Source: Thermodesulfobacteriota bacterium (GTDB lineage: Bacteria > Desulfobacterota_D > UBA1144). Taken from it: a stretch of 20,260 bases of DNA. The stretch spans positions 1 to 20,260 of the forward strand of contig JAQWMJ010000026.1 in the NCBI GenBank assembly GCA_029246845.1, read 5' to 3'. Of the stretch, positions 1 to 9,382 are shown one piece after another. How positions within the stretch are numbered: the first letter of the stretch is position 1; each line of letters begins with the position of its first letter. The position numbers were made by a program, and so were the translations under genes. Under the pieces are notes generated by a model. It saw only the letters and a program-made list of their open reading frames with translations. It was not told where the DNA came from and ran no database searches.

Positions 1-1
1 T

Positions 2-568
2 TTAAACATTGACGATAATGTTGAAATAAATAGAAAAGCTATTAGTCAGGTTGTAAAATGGCAGCTTTCAAAAAGAAGATCAGGAACAGCAGCAACCAAA
101 AATCGTGCAATGGTTAATGCAAGTAATAAGAAGCCATTTAAGCAAAAAGGTACAGGAAATGCTAGAGCAGGCTCAAGAACATCTCCTATTTGGCGTGGCG
201 GTGGTGTAATTTTTGGACCTTCACCTAAAGATTGGTCCATTAACGTACCAAAAAAAATAAAAAAATTAGCATTGCTTCATAGTGTTTTATACAAAATAAA
301 GCAAGAAACTATTACAGTAGTTGATACGATAGAACTTAAAACTCATAAAACTAAAGATTTAATTACTCTTTTAAAACCGTTTAAATTGTCAGATAAATTA
401 TTAATTATTTCTGATATAGAGAGTGAGAATATTAACCTTGCTTCAAGAAATATTGAAAAGTTAAAATTAATTAAATCAGAAGGCGTTAATGTCTATGACT
501 TGCTAAATTACAAGTCAATCTTAATTGATAAGGCAACACTCGCAACTTTAGTAGAGAGGCTAAAATAA
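2..568 (+). CDS. rplD: 50S ribosomal protein uL4, 5'-partial
   Basis: The frame is open from position 2 (LNIDDNVEINRKAISQVVKWQLSKRRSGTAATKNRAM...), so the ATG at 110 is internal. uL4 motifs KPFKQKGTGNARAGSRTSPIWRGGGVIFGP; lies upstream of rplW. Confidence 0.97.
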   Translation, partial: LNIDDNVEINRKAISQVVKWQLSKRRSGTAATKNRAMVNASNKKPFKQKGTGNARAGSRTSPIWRGGGVIFGPSPKDWSINVPKKIKKLALLHSVLYKIKQETITVVDTIELKTHKTKDLITLLKPFKLSDKLLIISDIESENINLASRNIEKLKLIKSEGVNVYDLLNYKSILIDKATLATLVERLK

Positions 569-858
569 TGAAAAAATATGTTTCTGATATAATAATTAAG
601 CCTTTAGTAACGGAGAAGACTCAAGCTATGAGTCAAGAAGAATGCTATGTCTTTGAAGTTAATCCAAAATCTACTAAAAATGAGATAAGGGATGCAATTC
701 AGAAATTTTTTGATGTTAAAGTTAAAGATATTAGAACAGCAATCAAACCTGGGAAGAAAGTTATGAAGGGTGGTAGGCCTATCGGAAAACGATCAAAACA
801 AAAAAAAGCTTTTATAACGCTTAAAGAAGGAAAAATAGAAATAGTTCAAGGAGTTTAG
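568..858 (+). CDS. rplW: 50S ribosomal protein uL23
   Basis: [28 protein letters not shown] motifs; S10-operon position; TAATG coupling to rplD. Confidence 0.96.
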   Translation: MKKYVSDIIIKPLVTEKTQAMSQEECYVFEVNPKSTKNEIRDAIQKFFDVKVKDIRTAIKPGKKVMKGGRPIGKRSKQKKAFITLKEGKIEIVQGV

Positions 859-859
859 T

Positions 860-1708
860 ATGGGAATTAGAAAATATAAACCTACTAGTGCTGGTCGAAG
901 ATTCATGACATCAGCTGATTATGATGAGATAACAACCAAGTCCCCTCATAAGCCTCTACTGTCATATTCTCATAATAAAAAAGGCAGAAATAATCTAGGG
1001 AGAATTACCTCAAAAAGTAGAGGTGGTGGCCATAAGCAACTTTATAGAATTATTGATTTTAAAAGAGATAAATTTGATGTACCTGGGGTAGTGAAAACTA
1101 TAGAGTATGATCCTAATAGGACTTCCAGAATAGCACTTATAAACTATTTAGATGGAGAAAAGAGATACATTCTAGCTCCATTGGGAATTAAAGTTGGGGA
1201 TAAAATAATTGCTTCTTCAAAAACAGAAATTGTTATTGGTAATTCTTTAGAGTTAAAGAACATTCCTGAAGGAACGATCGTGCATAATATTGAACTGTCA
1301 CCTGGAAATGGTGGTAAGTTGGCAAGATCTGCAGGTGCTTATGCCCAAGTATTAGGAAACGAAAAGGATTTGACTATGATTAAATTAAGCTCCGGTGAAA
1401 CTAGATATGTTCGTTCTATTTGTAGAGCAACTATCGGCAAGTTGGGGAACGATAAACATAATCAGATTGTAATTGGTAAAGCTGGAAGAAATCGACATCT
1501 TGGTAGAAGACCTAAGGTTAGAGGTGTTGCGATGAATCCTGTTGATCATCCTCATGGTGGTGGCGAAGGTAAAGCAGCTAGGGGAAACCCACATCCAGTA
1601 TCTAAGTGGGGCTGGATAACTATAGGTAAGAAAACAAGACATAATCCAAGAACTGATAAGTTAATTGTCAAAAGAAGACGTATTGGTTATGGAATGGACA
1701 AGAGGTGA
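860..1708 (+). CDS. rplB: 50S ribosomal protein uL2
   Basis: [47 protein letters not shown] motifs. Confidence 0.99.
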   Translation: MGIRKYKPTSAGRRFMTSADYDEITTKSPHKPLLSYSHNKKGRNNLGRITSKSRGGGHKQLYRIIDFKRDKFDVPGVVKTIEYDPNRTSRIALINYLDGEKRYILAPLGIKVGDKIIASSKTEIVIGNSLELKNIPEGTIVHNIELSPGNGGKLARSAGAYAQVLGNEKDLTMIKLSSGETRYVRSICRATIGKLGNDKHNQIVIGKAGRNRHLGRRPKVRGVAMNPVDHPHGGGEGKAARGNPHPVSKWGWITIGKKTRHNPRTDKLIVKRRRIGYGMDKR

Positions 1709-1717
1709 TTATAGAAA

Positions 1718-1999
1718 ATGGGTAGATCGATTAAAAAAGGACCCTTCGTTGATGACAAGTTGATGAAGAAGGTTGTAAAAGCAAAAGAAACAGATAGCCA
1801 AAAAATAATCAAAACTTGGTCAAGAAGATCGATGATTGTTCCTGATATGTTGGGACTTACTTTTGCTGTTTACAATGGAAAGAAATTTATACCTGTTTAT
1901 GCCACAGAGTATATGTTGGGTCACAAACTAGGAGAATTTTCTCCAACTAGAACATTTAACTCTCATGCAGGTGGAGACAAAAAGAAGGGTGGTAGATAA
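1718..1999 (+). CDS. rpsS: 30S ribosomal protein uS19
   Basis: [30 protein letters not shown]. Confidence 0.99.
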   Translation: MGRSIKKGPFVDDKLMKKVVKAKETDSQKIIKTWSRRSMIVPDMLGLTFAVYNGKKFIPVYATEYMLGHKLGEFSPTRTFNSHAGGDKKKGGR

Positions 2000-2337
2000 T
2001 GATAGCAAAAGCGATTCTTAAATATGCCAGAAGAACACCTAGGAAAGTTAATTTAGTTTTAGAAACTATTAGAGGTAGGAATGTAGATTATGCATTTATG
2101 CTTTTAAAAACCTTAAAGCAAGGTTCTAAAGAAGAAGTATCTAAAACATTAAAGTCTGCAGTCTCAAATGCATATGAAAAAGGTTTTACAGATTCCGAAA
2201 AAATTTTTGTATCTGAGGCTTATGCCACAGAAGGAACAACTTTGAAAAGATTTACACCAAGAGCTATGGGCAGAGCAACAAGGAAGCTAAAAAGATTAAG
2301 TCATATTACGATAGTATTAGAAGAGAAGGTGAAATAA
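1999..2337 (+). CDS. rplV: 50S ribosomal protein uL22
   Basis: [31 protein letters not shown]. Confidence 0.98.
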   Translation: MIAKAILKYARRTPRKVNLVLETIRGRNVDYAFMLLKTLKQGSKEEVSKTLKSAVSNAYEKGFTDSEKIFVSEAYATEGTTLKRFTPRAMGRATRKLKRLSHITIVLEEKVK

Positions 2338-3008
2338 TGGGACAAAAAGTAAATCCAGTATCAATAAGAGTAGGAATAACAAGAACATGGAACTCTAATT
2401 GGTTTGTTGCTAATAAAAATACTTATAAAGCTTTTTTACATGAAGACTTAAAGATTAGAACTTTTATAAAAAAGAATTTCTTTCAGTCAGGAATATCTAA
2501 AATTGAAATAGAAAGATCGTCAATTGAAAAAATTAGAATAATTATATTCTGCTCTAAGCCTGGACTGTTAATCGGCAGAAAAGGGGTAGACATCGACTTA
2601 TTGAGGAAAAACTTATCAAAAATGGTTAGCAAAGAAATATTTATTGATATAAAGGAAATTAAAAGACCAGAGATTGATTCCCAGTTAGTTGCTGAAAACA
2701 TTGGACTACAACTAGAAAGAAGAGTTGCCTATAGAAGAGCAATGAAGAGAAGTCTAACCTCTGCTTTGAGATTAGGGGCTATTGGTATAAAAATTATGGT
2801 TTCTGGAAGACTAAATGGTGCAGAGATTGCTAGGAGTGAGTGGTACAGAGAAGGAAGGGTTCCTTTGAGTACACTTAGAGCTGATATTGATTATGGTTTC
2901 GCTGAAGCTCTTACTACTTACGGTAAAATAGGAATTAAAGTTTGGATCTTCAAGGGTGAAGTATTAAGAAAAAAACAACCTAAAGGAGAAGCAAATGCTG
3001 CAGCCTAA
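2337..3008 (+). CDS. rpsC: 30S ribosomal protein uS3
   Basis: [17 protein letters not shown] (KH domain), [32 protein letters not shown]. Confidence 0.99.
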   Translation: MGQKVNPVSIRVGITRTWNSNWFVANKNTYKAFLHEDLKIRTFIKKNFFQSGISKIEIERSSIEKIRIIIFCSKPGLLIGRKGVDIDLLRKNLSKMVSKEIFIDIKEIKRPEIDSQLVAENIGLQLERRVAYRRAMKRSLTSALRLGAIGIKIMVSGRLNGAEIARSEWYREGRVPLSTLRADIDYGFAEALTTYGKIGIKVWIFKGEVLRKKQPKGEANAAA

Positions 3009-3417
3009 GAAAAGCAAATATAGAAAGCAACATAAAGGAAGAGTCAGAGGCGTGGCAACAAAATGCAATAAAGTTTCATTTGGTGAGTTTGGTTTGCAGT
3101 CATTAGATTTTGCCAGAATCACTGGAAGACAAATAGAAGCTGCAAGGATTGCAATTAATAGAAGTGTGAAACGTGGAGCTAAATTATGGATAAGAATTTT
3201 TCCACATAAGCCCGTTTCAAAGAAACCCGCAGAGGTCAGGATGGGTAAAGGTAAGGGTGATATCGACAGGTACGTTGCACCTATTAAGAAAGGAACAATG
3301 ATCTATGAAATAGCTGGCGTAGATGAAGAATTAGCAAGAGAAGCTCTTAGGCTAGCTTCAAACAAGCTGCCTGTGAGAACCAGGTTCGTTGTTAGAACAA
3401 GGGGACAATTGATATGA
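2995..3417 (+). CDS. rplP: 50S ribosomal protein uL16
   Basis: [42 protein letters not shown]. Confidence 0.99.
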   Translation: MLQPKKSKYRKQHKGRVRGVATKCNKVSFGEFGLQSLDFARITGRQIEAARIAINRSVKRGAKLWIRIFPHKPVSKKPAEVRMGKGKGDIDRYVAPIKKGTMIYEIAGVDEELAREALRLASNKLPVRTRFVVRTRGQLI

Positions 3418-3608
3418 TCTTCACTAAAGATATTAAAAAATTGGATACAGTTGAGATTGAGAATAAAATTCAAGAATTAAAAGATTCCTTGCTTAAAGCT
3501 AAAATTAACAAGCTTAATCAAGGTGATTTTGATACTAATAGCTATAAGAAAATAAAAAAAGATATAGCCAGATGTATGACAGAAGTAAATTCAAGAGGAA
3601 AGGAATAA
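3414..3608 (+). CDS. rpmC: 50S ribosomal protein uL29 (divergent)
   Basis: 64 aa between rplP and rpsQ; IKKDIAR..T motif; ATGA overlap with rplP. Confidence 0.9.
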   Translation: MIFTKDIKKLDTVEIENKIQELKDSLLKAKINKLNQGDFDTNSYKKIKKDIARCMTEVNSRGKE

Positions 3609-3611
3609 ATT

Positions 3612-3872
3612 ATGTCTAGAGGAAGAATGAGAACAGTTAAAGGACTTGTAGTTAAAAACTCATCTTTAAAAACATTGATGGTTCAAATTGAGACTAGAAG
3701 CAAGAATAAAAAATATAATAAGGTTTCTATTCTTAAAAAGAAGTTTCCTGTTCATGATGAAAAAATGGTTGCGGAAGTCGGAGATATAATTGAGGCTGTA
3801 GAAACAAAGCCTATTAGTAAAACAAAAAGATGGAATTTAATTAAAGTTGTAGAGAAAGGAGCTAGTCAATGA
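3612..3872 (+). CDS. rpsQ: 30S ribosomal protein uS17
   Basis: G.VV, VHDE, GD.I...[11 protein letters not shown] motifs. Confidence 0.97.
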   Translation: MSRGRMRTVKGLVVKNSSLKTLMVQIETRSKNKKYNKVSILKKKFPVHDEKMVAEVGDIIEAVETKPISKTKRWNLIKVVEKGASQ

Positions 3873-4237
3873 TTCAACCAGAAACTCAATTAATTTCTGC
3901 TGATAATTCAGGCGCAAAAAAATTGAATGTTATAAGGCTCAAAGGTGGTTCATATAGACGTTATGCGAGCATAGGAGATGTTGTAACAGTTTCTATAAGA
4001 GCAGCTATTCCTAATTCAAAAGTTGAAAAAGGAAAAATATTCCAAGCAGTCATTGTTAGGACTAAAAAAGAAATAAGAAGAGCAGATGGGTCATACATTA
4101 GATTTGATGATAATGCAGCTGTCTTAATCAACAAAGATAACCAGCCTGTTGGAACTAGGATCTTTGGTCCTGTTGCGAGAGAGTTAAGAAATAGAGGATT
4201 TATGAAGATTATATCCTTAGCTCCGGAGGTTATTTAG
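3869..4237 (+). CDS. rplN: 50S ribosomal protein uL14
   Basis: [39 protein letters not shown]. Confidence 0.99.
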   Translation: MIQPETQLISADNSGAKKLNVIRLKGGSYRRYASIGDVVTVSIRAAIPNSKVEKGKIFQAVIVRTKKEIRRADGSYIRFDDNAAVLINKDNQPVGTRIFGPVARELRNRGFMKIISLAPEVI

Positions 4238-4477
4238 ATGTCAGAATTAAAACTTAAACCCAAAAAAGGGCTAAATGCTAAAATTATAGCTGGCAAATAT
4301 AAAGGACAAGTTGGTAAAATAACAAGTGTATCAACTAAGCTTGATAGAGTGACCATAGAGAATATAAATATTGCAAAGAAGCATGTAAAGCCAACACAAC
4401 AGAATCCAAGTGGTGGAATTGTTAATATTGAAAAAGGTATTCATATATCAAACATAAAGGTGATAGGAAATGTCTAG
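4238..4477 (+). CDS. rplX: 50S ribosomal protein uL24, C-terminally shortened (79 aa)
   Basis: KOW motif IIAGKYKGQVGKI, KKHVKP..QNPSGGIV..E..IHISN; between rplN and rplE. Confidence 0.95.
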   Translation: MSELKLKPKKGLNAKIIAGKYKGQVGKITSVSTKLDRVTIENINIAKKHVKPTQQNPSGGIVNIEKGIHISNIKVIGNV

Positions 4478-5015
4478 TATTAAAGAATTGTATATAGAGT
4501 CCATACCTTCGATTATGACCTCTTTAAAATTAAAGAATAAGATGGAAGTTCCTAAGATAGTAAAGGTTGTGTTAAATATGGGACTTGGAAAGATATCAGA
4601 TGCTGGTAAGGATACTAAGATAATTGATGAAGCGTGTAATGAGCTAACTTTAATTGCAGGCCAAAAAGCAGTTGTAACAAAAGCAAAAAAATCAGAAGCT
4701 GGTTTCAAACTAAGAGAAGGTTATCCAATTGGGTCTAGAGTTACACTAAGAGGTGATAGAATGTATGAATTTTTATCAAAACTTGTGAACTTGGCCTTAC
4801 CAAGAGTTAGAGACTTCAGAGGAATATCCAATAAGGCTTTTGATAAAAGTGGGAATTATAACTTAGGTATTCAAGACCATTTAGTCTTTCCTGAAATTGA
4901 TCCAACTAAGTCAACAAAGGTTAAGGGACTTAATGTGACCATAGTAACAACTGCCGAGGACGACTCGAAGTCTAAAATTTTATTAGAAAAGTTAGGGTTT
5001 CCCTTTAAGCGTTAG
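4470..5015 (+). CDS. rplE: 50S ribosomal protein uL5
   Basis: VPKIVKVVLNMG, IAGQK, FKLREG.PIG..VTLRG, LPRVRDFRG, FPEI. Confidence 0.99.
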   Translation: MSSIKELYIESIPSIMTSLKLKNKMEVPKIVKVVLNMGLGKISDAGKDTKIIDEACNELTLIAGQKAVVTKAKKSEAGFKLREGYPIGSRVTLRGDRMYEFLSKLVNLALPRVRDFRGISNKAFDKSGNYNLGIQDHLVFPEIDPTKSTKVKGLNVTIVTTAEDDSKSKILLEKLGFPFKR

Positions 5016-5018
5016 GAG
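5014..5018 (+). promoter_or_regulatory. Shine-Dalgarno site of rpsN
   Basis: AGGAG 9 nt upstream of the ATG at 5028, overlapping the rplE stop. Confidence 0.7.
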
Positions 5019-5027
5019 AGTATTTAG

Positions 5028-5213
5028 ATGGCAAAAAAATCAATGATTGTGAAAGCAAAAAAGAAGCAGAAATTTAAGGTAAGAGAATACAATAGGTGTC
5101 CAATAACAGGAAGAGCTAGGGGATTTATTAGAAAGTTTGGTATGAGTAGGAATGCATTTAGGAAACTTGCAAGTGAAGGCTTAATACCAGGAGTTAGAAA
5201 GGCTAGTTTATAG
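5028..5213 (+). CDS. rpsN: 30S ribosomal protein uS14, 61-aa short scaffold with a degenerate zinc motif
   Basis: [37 protein letters not shown]; only one Cys. Confidence 0.97.
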   Translation: MAKKSMIVKAKKKQKFKVREYNRCPITGRARGFIRKFGMSRNAFRKLASEGLIPGVRKASL

Positions 5214-5228
5214 TCAGAGGATAAAATT

Positions 5229-5627
5229 ATGGTTACAGACCCAATTTCAGATATGTTAACAAGAATTAGAAATGCAATAAATGCAAGGCATAAAGCTGTA
5301 GAAATACCTAATTCAAAGTTTAAGCTTCAAATTGCAAAGATTCTCGAAGAGGAGGGATTTATACAATCGTTTGATAAAGTTTCAAAAGATAAATTCTCCT
5401 TTATTAAAATTAATTTAAAATACAGTAAGGACAAAAGAACATCGGTTATAAAAGAACTTAAAAGAATAAGTAAACCAGGTCTAAGAGTTTATGTTAACAA
5501 AACAGAGATTCCTAGAATTTTAGGTGGACTAGGTACTTCGATTATATCAACATCAAAAGGTGTTATGACTGGTAGTAAAGCTAGGGAAATAGGAGTCGGT
5601 GGAGAAATACTCTGTAGTATTATATAG
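5229..5627 (+). CDS. rpsH: 30S ribosomal protein uS8
   Basis: [41 protein letters not shown]. Confidence 0.99.
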   Translation: MVTDPISDMLTRIRNAINARHKAVEIPNSKFKLQIAKILEEEGFIQSFDKVSKDKFSFIKINLKYSKDKRTSVIKELKRISKPGLRVYVNKTEIPRILGGLGTSIISTSKGVMTGSKAREIGVGGEILCSII

Positions 5628-5635
5628 GTGTAGTT

Positions 5636-6193
5636 ATGTCAAGAATAGGGAATAAAGAAATTGTTTTTAGTGAAGATGTTCAAGTAGTCTTGGAGGATAA
5701 TATAGTAAAAGTCTCAGGACCAAAAGGTGTTCTTCAAAGGTCTATACCTGAAGGAATAACTCTTAATATAGAATCAGGAAAAATTAATGTTAATAGAAAT
5801 AGTGAGGAGAAAAGAATAAAAGCTTTTCATGGTCTAACAAGATCTTTAGTTAACAATATGGTCATAGGTGTTAAGGAAGGTTTTCAAAAATCTTTAGATA
5901 TAATAGGGACAGGGTATAAATGTGATATTAAATCCAAAAATGAATTAGTTTTAAATCTTGGATACTCAAATCCTGTTAATTTTGACTTACCAGAATCTAT
6001 AAATGCTGAAGTTGAAAATAAAGGAACTTTGTTAAAGATTTCAGGAGTTGACAAAGAATTAGTGGGCGAAGTAACTGCAAGAATTCGAAAGCTAAGAAAA
6101 CCAGAAAGATATAAAGGTAAAGGTGTTAGATATACCGGAGAAGTAGTAAAATTAAAGGCAGGAAAAGCCGCTGGCGGAAAAGGTGCTAAGTAA
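5636..6193 (+). CDS. rplF: 50S ribosomal protein uL6
   Basis: MSRIG, GPKG.L, HGLTRSLVNNMVIGV, RKPERYKGKGVRY. Confidence 0.99.
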   Translation: MSRIGNKEIVFSEDVQVVLEDNIVKVSGPKGVLQRSIPEGITLNIESGKINVNRNSEEKRIKAFHGLTRSLVNNMVIGVKEGFQKSLDIIGTGYKCDIKSKNELVLNLGYSNPVNFDLPESINAEVENKGTLLKISGVDKELVGEVTARIRKLRKPERYKGKGVRYTGEVVKLKAGKAAGGKGAK

Positions 6194-6522
6194 TGATAAA
6201 ACCAATAGATAAAAATAAATTAAGAATTACTCGCCACAAAAGAAATAGAAAAAATATTTCAGGGACAAGCTCTGGTCCCAGGTTATATATATTCAAGTCT
6301 TTAAAAAACTTGTATGTAAACTTGGTAGATGATAAAAGTGGGAATACATTGATTTCAGTTTCAACATTAAAAACTGATAGATCTGATATAGTAAATGAAA
6401 TAGCTAAGAAAGCTGAAACATTAGGAATAAAAAAGTTAGTTTTTGATAAAAGTGGATATAAGTTCCATGGAAGAATAAAAATAATTGCTGACGAACTAAG
6501 AAGTAAAGGATTAAATTTTTAA
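6193..6522 (+). CDS. rplR: 50S ribosomal protein uL18 (shortened, 109 aa)
   Basis: RH.R.RK.ISGT...PRL.IFKS, VFD..GY.FHGRIK..AD..R..GL.F. Confidence 0.95.
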   Translation: MIKPIDKNKLRITRHKRNRKNISGTSSGPRLYIFKSLKNLYVNLVDDKSGNTLISVSTLKTDRSDIVNEIAKKAETLGIKKLVFDKSGYKFHGRIKIIADELRSKGLNF

Positions 6523-6536
6523 TTTGGAGTGTAATT

Positions 6537-7091
6537 TTGAAAAATAATAATTCGAGGAATAGTTTAGATAAAGATTTTGCAGAAAAAATTGTCCATATAA
6601 GAAGAGTTGCAAAAACAACAAAAGGTGGAAAGAATTTCCATTTTACCGCATTAGTGGTGATTGGAAATAATAAGGATAAAGTTGGTGCAGGTCTGGGCAA
6701 GTCCAACGAGGTCCCTGACGCTATACGGAAAGGCATAGACAAAGCAAAAAAAAATCTAATTGAAATAAGTTTAAACGGAAGAACTATTAGTCATGAAGTC
6801 TACGCTAAACACTTAACAAGTCAGGTAATGATAAGACCCGCAAGTTCAGGTACTGGGGTTATAGCTGGTGGAGCGGTAAGGTCAGTTTTAGAGTTAGCTG
6901 GAATTAAAGATGTTTTAACAAAGTCATTAGGATCAAGGAATCCTATTAATGTTGTCAATGCAACAATTGAATGTTTGAAGCAATTAAATGATCCTGCAAA
7001 AACTGCAGATGATCATGGTAAGAAGCAAGAAGATTTAGATTTACCAAAACAGTATTATAGAAATAAGGCAGAAGGTGAAGTTAATGCTTAA
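6537..7091 (+). CDS. rpsE: 30S ribosomal protein uS5 (TTG start)
   Basis: RRVAKTTKGG, ALVVIG, EVPDAIRKG, PAS.GTGVIAGGAVR.VLELAGI.DVLTKSLGS.NPINVV; GGAG at 6526-6529 precedes the TTG. Confidence 0.98.
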   Translation: MKNNNSRNSLDKDFAEKIVHIRRVAKTTKGGKNFHFTALVVIGNNKDKVGAGLGKSNEVPDAIRKGIDKAKKNLIEISLNGRTISHEVYAKHLTSQVMIRPASSGTGVIAGGAVRSVLELAGIKDVLTKSLGSRNPINVVNATIECLKQLNDPAKTADDHGKKQEDLDLPKQYYRNKAEGEVNA

Positions 7092-7512
7092 TGAATTGGT
7101 TAAAACTAAGAATAAAAAGAATAGAACCAGGGTTGGAAGAGGACCAGGGTCTAAAGGTAAGACAGCTGGTAGAGGACATAAAGGTCAGAATTCAAGATCT
7201 GGTGGAGGTGTTCCAATCCTTTTTGAAGGTGGGCAATCAAGCTTTGTTTTAAGAACCCCTAAGAGAGGTTTTACTAATTATAATAGAAAAGTATATGATG
7301 TAATTAATGTTGGTACTTTGAATAAAATCGAAAATCTTGAAAAAATAGATGTTGAATCATTAATTAAGATAGGTCTAATAGACGGAAACAAGCCCGTGAA
7401 GATTTTAGGTAATGGTGATTTTGATAAAAAGTATGAAATCTCAGCAAATCATTTTTCAAAATCAGCTACGGAAAAAATCAAATCTGCAGGTGGCAGTATC
7501 AAGATAGTCTAA
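7084..7512 (+). CDS. rplO: 50S ribosomal protein uL15
   Basis: RVGRGPGSKGKTAGRGHKGQNSRSG, FEGGQ, PKRGF, KILG.G. ATG 7084 preferred to GTG 7075 because GAAGGTG (7071-7077) fits as its SD. Confidence 0.97.
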   Translation: MLNELVKTKNKKNRTRVGRGPGSKGKTAGRGHKGQNSRSGGGVPILFEGGQSSFVLRTPKRGFTNYNRKVYDVINVGTLNKIENLEKIDVESLIKIGLIDGNKPVKILGNGDFDKKYEISANHFSKSATEKIKSAGGSIKIV

Positions 7513-7516
7513 TAAT

Positions 7517-8824
7517 ATGGATACTGTACCTAAGATTCCTGAACTAAATAAAAGAATTCTATATACATTATTAATACTTATTATTTATAGGTTCGGAGTT
7601 TTTGTTCCGATACCTGGCGTTGATTCTCAAGAAATACTCAAGGTTTTTACGAGTCAAGGTAAGTCTTTTTTTGATATTATCAATTTATTCTCGGGTGGAG
7701 CATTTGAAAGAGCTTCAATATTTGCCCTTGGTGTTATGCCATATATCACAGCATCAATCGTTATGTCTTTAGTAACCAAAACTTTTCCTAAATTAGATGA
7801 AATGCAAAAAGATCAACTAGGTAAAAAGAAGATTGCTCAATATTCGCGTTATTTAACAATATTAATTTGTTTTTTTCAAGGATCACTTCTTGTTACAGCG
7901 CTACAGACTGGCCTAGGTACAGGTGCAGAAATCGTATTTAATCCAGGAACGAGTTTCTTTATTCTTACTATTATTACACTTACAGCTGGAACTTTCTTTG
8001 TAATGTGGTTGGGCGAGCAAATAACAAATAATGGTATTGGCAATGGATTGTCATTAATAATTGCTACTTCTATTATTGCAGGAATACCAAGTGCAACAGG
8101 TAACTTATTTAATTTTGTAAAAATTGGGCAGCTTAACGTTTTAACTGTAATTCTGTTTCTTATAATAATGCTTTTTATTCTCTATTCTATAGTTTTTGTT
8201 GAAAGATCTTTTAGAAAAATACCTATTCAGTACCCACAAAAAACTAAAGGTAGAAAAATCTTTTCCGGTCAATCTTCGCACTTACCATTAAAGATAAACC
8301 CTGCTGGAGTTATCCCTCCAATATTTGCTTCATCAATCTTACTTCTTCCACTAACAGTTTTTAATTATGTTGATGTACCAAGTGTAAATAATTTTGCTCA
8401 GACATTTCTGAATAGTAGTTTCTTATATAATTCAGTCTTTGCTATATTAGTTATATTCTTTACTTTTTTTTATACAGGGATGGTTATCAAGCCTGATGAG
8501 ATGTCTGAAAATCTTAAAAAAGGTGGAGCTTTTATACCTGGAATTAGACCTGGGAAAAATACAACAGATTATATTAAGCTAATAATGTCTAAACTTACAG
8601 TTATTGGAGCTATTTACCTTGCAATTGTTTGTATAATTCCTGCAATATTAAACGCTAAACCTTTTAGCTTGCCTTTCTATTTCGGTGGCACATCTCTTTT
8701 AATCGTTATAGGTGTTACTTTAGATACAATTCAGCAGATCGAATCTTTCTTAATTTCATCCAACTATGATCAGATGAACGGAAAGAAAACAAAAAAAGAA
8801 CCTAGTAGGTTTAATTTGAGGTGA
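7517..8824 (+). CDS. secY: Preprotein translocase subunit SecY
   Basis: SIFALGVMPYITASI, WLGEQIT..GIGNG.SLII, GVIPPIFASS, FIPGIRPG, GGTSLLI; multiple hydrophobic segments. Confidence 0.99.
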   Translation: MDTVPKIPELNKRILYTLLILIIYRFGVFVPIPGVDSQEILKVFTSQGKSFFDIINLFSGGAFERASIFALGVMPYITASIVMSLVTKTFPKLDEMQKDQLGKKKIAQYSRYLTILICFFQGSLLVTALQTGLGTGAEIVFNPGTSFFILTIITLTAGTFFVMWLGEQITNNGIGNGLSLIIATSIIAGIPSATGNLFNFVKIGQLNVLTVILFLIIMLFILYSIVFVERSFRKIPIQYPQKTKGRKIFSGQSSHLPLKINPAGVIPPIFASSILLLPLTVFNYVDVPSVNNFAQTFLNSSFLYNSVFAILVIFFTFFYTGMVIKPDEMSENLKKGGAFIPGIRPGKNTTDYIKLIMSKLTVIGAIYLAIVCIIPAILNAKPFSLPFYFGGTSLLIVIGVTLDTIQQIESFLISSNYDQMNGKKTKKEPSRFNLR

Positions 8825-8828
8825 AAAG

Positions 8829-9377
8829 ATGATTTTAGTTTTATTTGGACCCCCAGGAGCGGGAAAAGGAACTCAGGCTGATGCCTTAAAGGATAAGTTG
8901 AATCTTTTACATCTTTCAACTGGTGATATATTGCGAGAGGAAGTAGCTAAAGAATCAGAGTTAGGATTAATGGCTAAACAATTTATGGAAGCTGGAGAAT
9001 TAGTTACTGATGAGCTAATTATTGGGATGATTAAGAATAAAATTACTTCCGAATCTTCTGGTAAAGGGTTCCTTCTGGATGGATTTCCACGAACAATATC
9101 TCAAGCTCATGCATTAGATGAAATGCTTAAAGCTAATAGCCTAAAAGTAGATAATGTTGTTTCCTTAGAGGTTGACGACTCTGCTCTTATAGAAAGGCTA
9201 CTTTTAAGAGGCCGAAGCGATGATAATGAGGAAACTATTAAGAATCGATTAGAAGTTTACAAGAATCAGACCTTGCCTATAAAAGAATATTATAGAAATT
9301 TAGATATATTAGTTGAAATAAAGGGTGATGATTCCGTCAAAATTGTTTCGGAAAACATATTCAAAGCTTTAAATTAG
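8829..9377 (+). CDS. adk: Adenylate kinase, short-LID type
   Basis: P-loop GPPGAGKGTQ, STGDILR, LDGFPRT, RGRSDD short LID; 182 aa. Confidence 0.98.
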   Translation: MILVLFGPPGAGKGTQADALKDKLNLLHLSTGDILREEVAKESELGLMAKQFMEAGELVTDELIIGMIKNKITSESSGKGFLLDGFPRTISQAHALDEMLKANSLKVDNVVSLEVDDSALIERLLLRGRSDDNEETIKNRLEVYKNQTLPIKEYYRNLDILVEIKGDDSVKIVSENIFKALN

Positions 9378-9382
9378 AGATT

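Noticed and set aside
3064..3066. uL16 Cys24 (TGC) where Gly is usual, a possible further G>T
   Set aside because: A single isolated change in a moderately variable loop; it cannot be distinguished from real divergence without reads.
4440..4530. S8-binding autoregulatory hairpin at the rplX-rplE junction
   Set aside because: Known from E. coli, but I could not identify a convincing stem here by eye; it needs folding or covariance analysis.
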